From a bacterium (lineage in GTDB: Bacteria > SM23-31): a DNA stretch of 64,000 nucleotides. A model generated the notes under the pieces. That model did not search any database. It was not told where the DNA came from and saw only the letters and a list, made by a program, of their open reading frames with translations. The DNA is taken from assembly GCA_965249485.1 (NCBI GenBank), contig OZ252239.1, positions 3,232,001-3,296,000 of the forward strand, in the 5' to 3' direction. This document shows positions 60,959 through 64,000 of this stretch, one piece after another. Numbering within the stretch: position 1 is the stretch's first letter; the number at the start of each line of letters is the position of its first letter. A program made the translations under genes and the position numbers.

Positions 60959-61682
60959 TAGAGGGGGTCTCCTTTCCAGTGCCAGAGAAAACTTTTTTAT
61001 CTAGTTGTGTTATAGGTAATTCTACAGGATAGTAGAGGAAAGTGACCTTTCTATGAGGCTTTGCACCAATACTGAGTTTTACTATTCTAGGTATATGACC
61101 CTTGTTGATGAAGTCTTTTATGTTCTGAATTATGATGTATAAGTGCCTGTATTGTGGGTGCTCAGGAGCTAAGATAGGAATGCCACAATTCCCTATCTTG
61201 TCTAAATAGATCTTATGACATCTGGCTCTAGCTATTCTTAATCCGGTCTGTTCATTGTAAGGGTCTTTTTTAGACCTGAGAGAGATACCTATGGTAGGAT
61301 GATTAGGATTAGCTTCCCTTGAATCCTTAGCACAGTTATAGAACCTAACACAAACAATAGCAATAGGGTCTTTCTCTATAGCATGGTAATTTTTTTGATA
61401 ATGTTTAGAGTCTATCTTATAATCTGTCTTCCTCCGATTAGGGGAGACTTGCTCTAAGTAGTATTTAACTATTCTCTCTGAGGTTCTAGGAATAGCTCCT
61501 GAGAAGATTTTCTCCTTTTTGTCCTTAGGATTAAGGGGATAACATTCCCCTACTTCGTAGAGAATACTTATTGCCCACGTATTTATTCTCACCTTGTTCT
61601 CCTTTTGTTCTCTCTCATAGTTAAAGGCATGTTCTGCTCTTTTAACTTCGTGACGATTCATCTTCTTTAACATCCTTCCCAA
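60951..61682 (-). CDS. Hypothetical phage protein
   Basis: 243 aa; GIS.RS..D.YN...G..IA..R segment. Confidence 0.6.
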   Translation of the reverse strand: MGRMLKKMNRHEVKRAEHAFNYEREQKENKVRINTWAISILYEVGECYPLNPKDKKEKIFSGAIPRTSERIVKYYLEQVSPNRRKTDYKIDSKHYQKNYHAIEKDPIAIVCVRFYNCAKDSREANPNHPTIGISLRSKKDPYNEQTGLRIARARCHKIYLDKIGNCGIPILAPEHPQYRHLYIIIQNIKDFINKGHIPRIVKLSIGAKPHRKVTFLYYPVELPITQLDKKVFSGTGKETPSNV

Positions 61683-61845
61683 ATATCCAAAAGCATAGAA
61701 CTATAATCCCTACTACTATAGTCTGTCCAAAGACAGTAAACAATATACCTGCTATGAACCCACTTAAGAAGATAGTTTCATTCATCTTCTTCTCCCGAGT
61801 TAGAAATTACACTCATAGGGTCTGTATGGTTAGTAGTCTCACTCA

Positions 61846-62103
61846 TTAATCTCCATCCTCCTCTTGTGGCACTATATTCACATCTATTTGAAGGAATTTA
61901 TCTAGCTGTACTTCTTTGGACTCAATGTGTATTCTAAGATTACGAAAGCTAGTTTTTAGATCTTTAATCTCTCTACCAGTGAGTTGTTCTAAATGGTCTT
62001 CCTTCATGTAGTTATGACCTAACTTATCACATAAGCTAGTCATCTCCTCTTGAAACTTTACTAGGACTTCTACATCCATTGGTCTTGCTTCAACTAATCC
62101 CAT
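61846..62103 (-). CDS. Hypothetical phage protein
   Basis: ORF track. Confidence 0.55.
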   Translation of the reverse strand: MGLVEARPMDVEVLVKFQEEMTSLCDKLGHNYMKEDHLEQLTGREIKDLKTSFRNLRIHIESKEVQLDKFLQIDVNIVPQEEDGD

Positions 62104-62479
62104 CTTTCAGCACTCCTTTCGGGTTATCCTTTTTCTCTTCTTTCATCATACCTTCTACATCTACTGCTAAGTCACTACAGTTGTTTGCTAATCTAAATAA
62201 TATATCCTTAAGAGGTTCTAGGTCAATCTTCCTAGCATCTACACTATGGATAATGCCATCTATATCATTCCTAACAAGCCTGATTGAGTTCCCTAACTTA
62301 ACTCTATTCCTCTCTGAGACTCCAGAGTAGTTCCGAACATAAGTAATAGGTTCTTGATGAGGATGGATTAGATGAGAGTACATTTGTTTGAGGCATATCT
62401 CTAAATCAAGGTCTCCCATCTCATGTGCCTCGGCTACTTGTGCTAAAGCTTCTTCCTTGTTCTTAGCCTGTCCTTCCAT
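62090..62479 (-). CDS. Hypothetical phage protein (first gene after attP)
   Basis: AGGAG RBS. Confidence 0.65.
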   Translation of the reverse strand: MEGQAKNKEEALAQVAEAHEMGDLDLEICLKQMYSHLIHPHQEPITYVRNYSGVSERNRVKLGNSIRLVRNDIDGIIHSVDARKIDLEPLKDILFRLANNCSDLAVDVEGMMKEEKKDNPKGVLKDGIS

Positions 62480-62765
62480 TAAAGGGTTCTCCTTTTTTTC
62501 TCTTGCACCTTAAACAGTTTATCTGCCTTTGAGTGAATTTAAAGGGAGGGAAGGTCTTTTCTCTGTCATCCCTACCTATTATAGTATTGCAACAGTCTAG
62601 GATATAGTAGCCTGTATAGGTCTCAGACCAATCATGTACTATATCTGTAAGTATGTACCGGATTCATGCCAAGTATTAGAACAGATATGTAATAAAAACT
62701 AAGTAGAGTATAAATAAGTGTGTAGATGATAAGTATAAAAGAGGGGTTTTGTAGCTGAATAATTA

Positions 62766-62820
62766 GTCTTGAAAACCGCCGTGAGAAATCACTTGGGGGT
62801 TCGAGTCCCTCGTCCTCCGC
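62766..62820 (+). repeat. attR, displaced original 3' half of tRNA-Ser
   Basis: Matches 12920-12974 except the variable arm. Confidence 0.93.
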
Positions 62821-62828
62821 TATGCGGT

Positions 62829-62851
62829 AAAGTGTTTGAAATCAACACTTT
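62829..62851 (+). terminator. Hairpin downstream of original tRNA 3' end
   Basis: AAAGTGTT-N7-AACACTTT. Confidence 0.45.
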
Positions 62852-63327
62852 AAAAATTTAAAATATTTTAGTTCCTTCCGATCCGAATATAGCAACTGTA
62901 CCAATTGCCTATATTATCTCATTTATTATTAAACTTGAAGTACAAAAATCTTTCTATAATGTATTGAATATTACTGCTAATGATACATAATTGTTTTTAG
63001 CAGGCATGAAGATTTTCTAGTGTAATATGTATTAAACCTCTACGTGTCCTTTTAAAAGAAAGTAAAGTCTTACGCATTTCTTTTTCCTTCTATATAGTAT
63101 CAAATTGATAATGGAATTACTTATCCTTCACAATGATTATCATTTAATTGTGTTAAAAATATTGCACAACAGATACAATATTGGTTACAATTATTTTTGC
63201 TTGACTTTTAACATTTAGTTAAACATCTTTTCAGAAATTACATTTTTAATGTATTCTTCCATATTTTTCCTTATTAATTCCATATTCAATTATTGCTAAT
63301 TTCAGGAGATTAAATTAACCGAATATT

Positions 63328-64000
63328 ATGCCAAATTTTGAAACTGTTTCCAATCTACTAAGTCAAGGTGAATCCAATGCAGTGGCAATTACTGCTCCTG
63401 GGAAAAAACCTCTGACATATAATGAATTAAGAGAGCTGGCCGATAAAACCGTCAATACATTAAACGATTTTGGAATGGGAAGAAATGACAATATCGCAAT
63501 TGTACTTCCGAACGGACCAGAAATGGCCACTGCGTTTTTATCTATCGCTGCAGGAGCAACTACCGCTCCGCTTAATCCGAATTACCGTGAAAAGGAATTT
63601 GAATTTTACCTTGGCGATCTGGATGCACGTTTATTACTTGTACAAAAGGGGATAGATTCACCGGCTAGGGCTGCTGCAAAAAAACTTAAAATTCCAATTG
63701 TAGAATTAATTCCTGACAAGAGTAACACAGCTGGAAAATTTGATATAGAGGGCGATTATAAAAGCGGTAAAAAACCCATGAGTGGTTACGCATCATCAGA
63801 AGAGACAGCCCTTGTATTACATACATCCGGGACAACGTCAAGGCCTAAAATAGTTCCTTTAAGTCATGCAAATATCTGCGTATCGGCTATTAATATTGCC
63901 AGGACTCTTTCTTTAACTCCTGATGATAGTTGCATGAACGTAATGCCTCTTTTTCATATACACGGTCTCATTGCTGCTGTTTTGAGTTCACTTGGAGCTA
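63328..64000 (+). CDS. Acyl-CoA synthetase, oxalate-CoA-ligase-like (partial)
   Basis: LPNGPE, APLNP, LHTSGTTSRPK, MPLFHIHGL. Confidence 0.88.
   Translation, partial: MPNFETVSNLLSQGESNAVAITAPGKKPLTYNELRELADKTVNTLNDFGMGRNDNIAIVLPNGPEMATAFLSIAAGATTAPLNPNYREKEFEFYLGDLDARLLLVQKGIDSPARAAAKKLKIPIVELIPDKSNTAGKFDIEGDYKSGKKPMSGYASSEETALVLHTSGTTSRPKIVPLSHANICVSAINIARTLSLTPDDSCMNVMPLFHIHGLIAAVLSSLGA

Larger units (their letters stand above)
12920..62820. mobile_element. Integrated temperate podovirus-like prophage (~49.8 kb)
   Basis: Bounded by duplicated tRNA 3' half; adjacent integrase; terminase, portal, capsid, lysis and replication genes; composition shift relative to flanks. Confidence 0.95.

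Noticed and set aside
47246..62479. Z-base or other modified-base genome pathway
   Set aside because: PolA and MazG are present but no PurZ, thymidylate synthase, dCMP deaminase or queuosine-pathway gene is recognisable
62766..62820. Second functional tRNA
   Set aside because: Lacks 5' acceptor strand and D arm; it is attR

Overview
Bacterial chromosome window dominated by an apparently complete ~49.8 kb prophage integrated in a tRNA-Ser(UGA) gene (attL core 12920-12935, attR core 62766-62781). Left host flank (1-12.9 kb): TPR-glycosyltransferases, a frameshifted SAM methyltransferase, two frameshifted HD-like paralogues, a response regulator and an ECF sigma/zinc anti-sigma redox cluster (trxA, OsmC, DUF302, FmdB) hiding a probable tiny selenoprotein. 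Right flank: start of an acyl-CoA synthetase. The prophage looks podovirus-like and has three arms: minus-strand early genes ending in xis-int, a plus-strand late arm (terS, lysis, tail fibre, terL, portal, capsid, tail, ejection proteins), and a minus-strand replication arm (UDG-fused PolA with His at the 762 position, DUF3987-like ATPase, dNMP kinase, MazG, Sak4/SSB/Cas4-like). I could not recognise a CI repressor or primase. Most striking signals: a cluster of structured RNAs at 15.8-16.3 kb (a 6S-RNA-like rod and a c4-like switchable attenuator), an open frame continuing through two in-frame TAGs after the major capsid gene, a phage-supplied tRNA 3' half with a covarying variable arm, and a perfect 434-bp in-frame duplication in the tail fibre. 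All family assignments are by-eye motif recognition; no searches were run.
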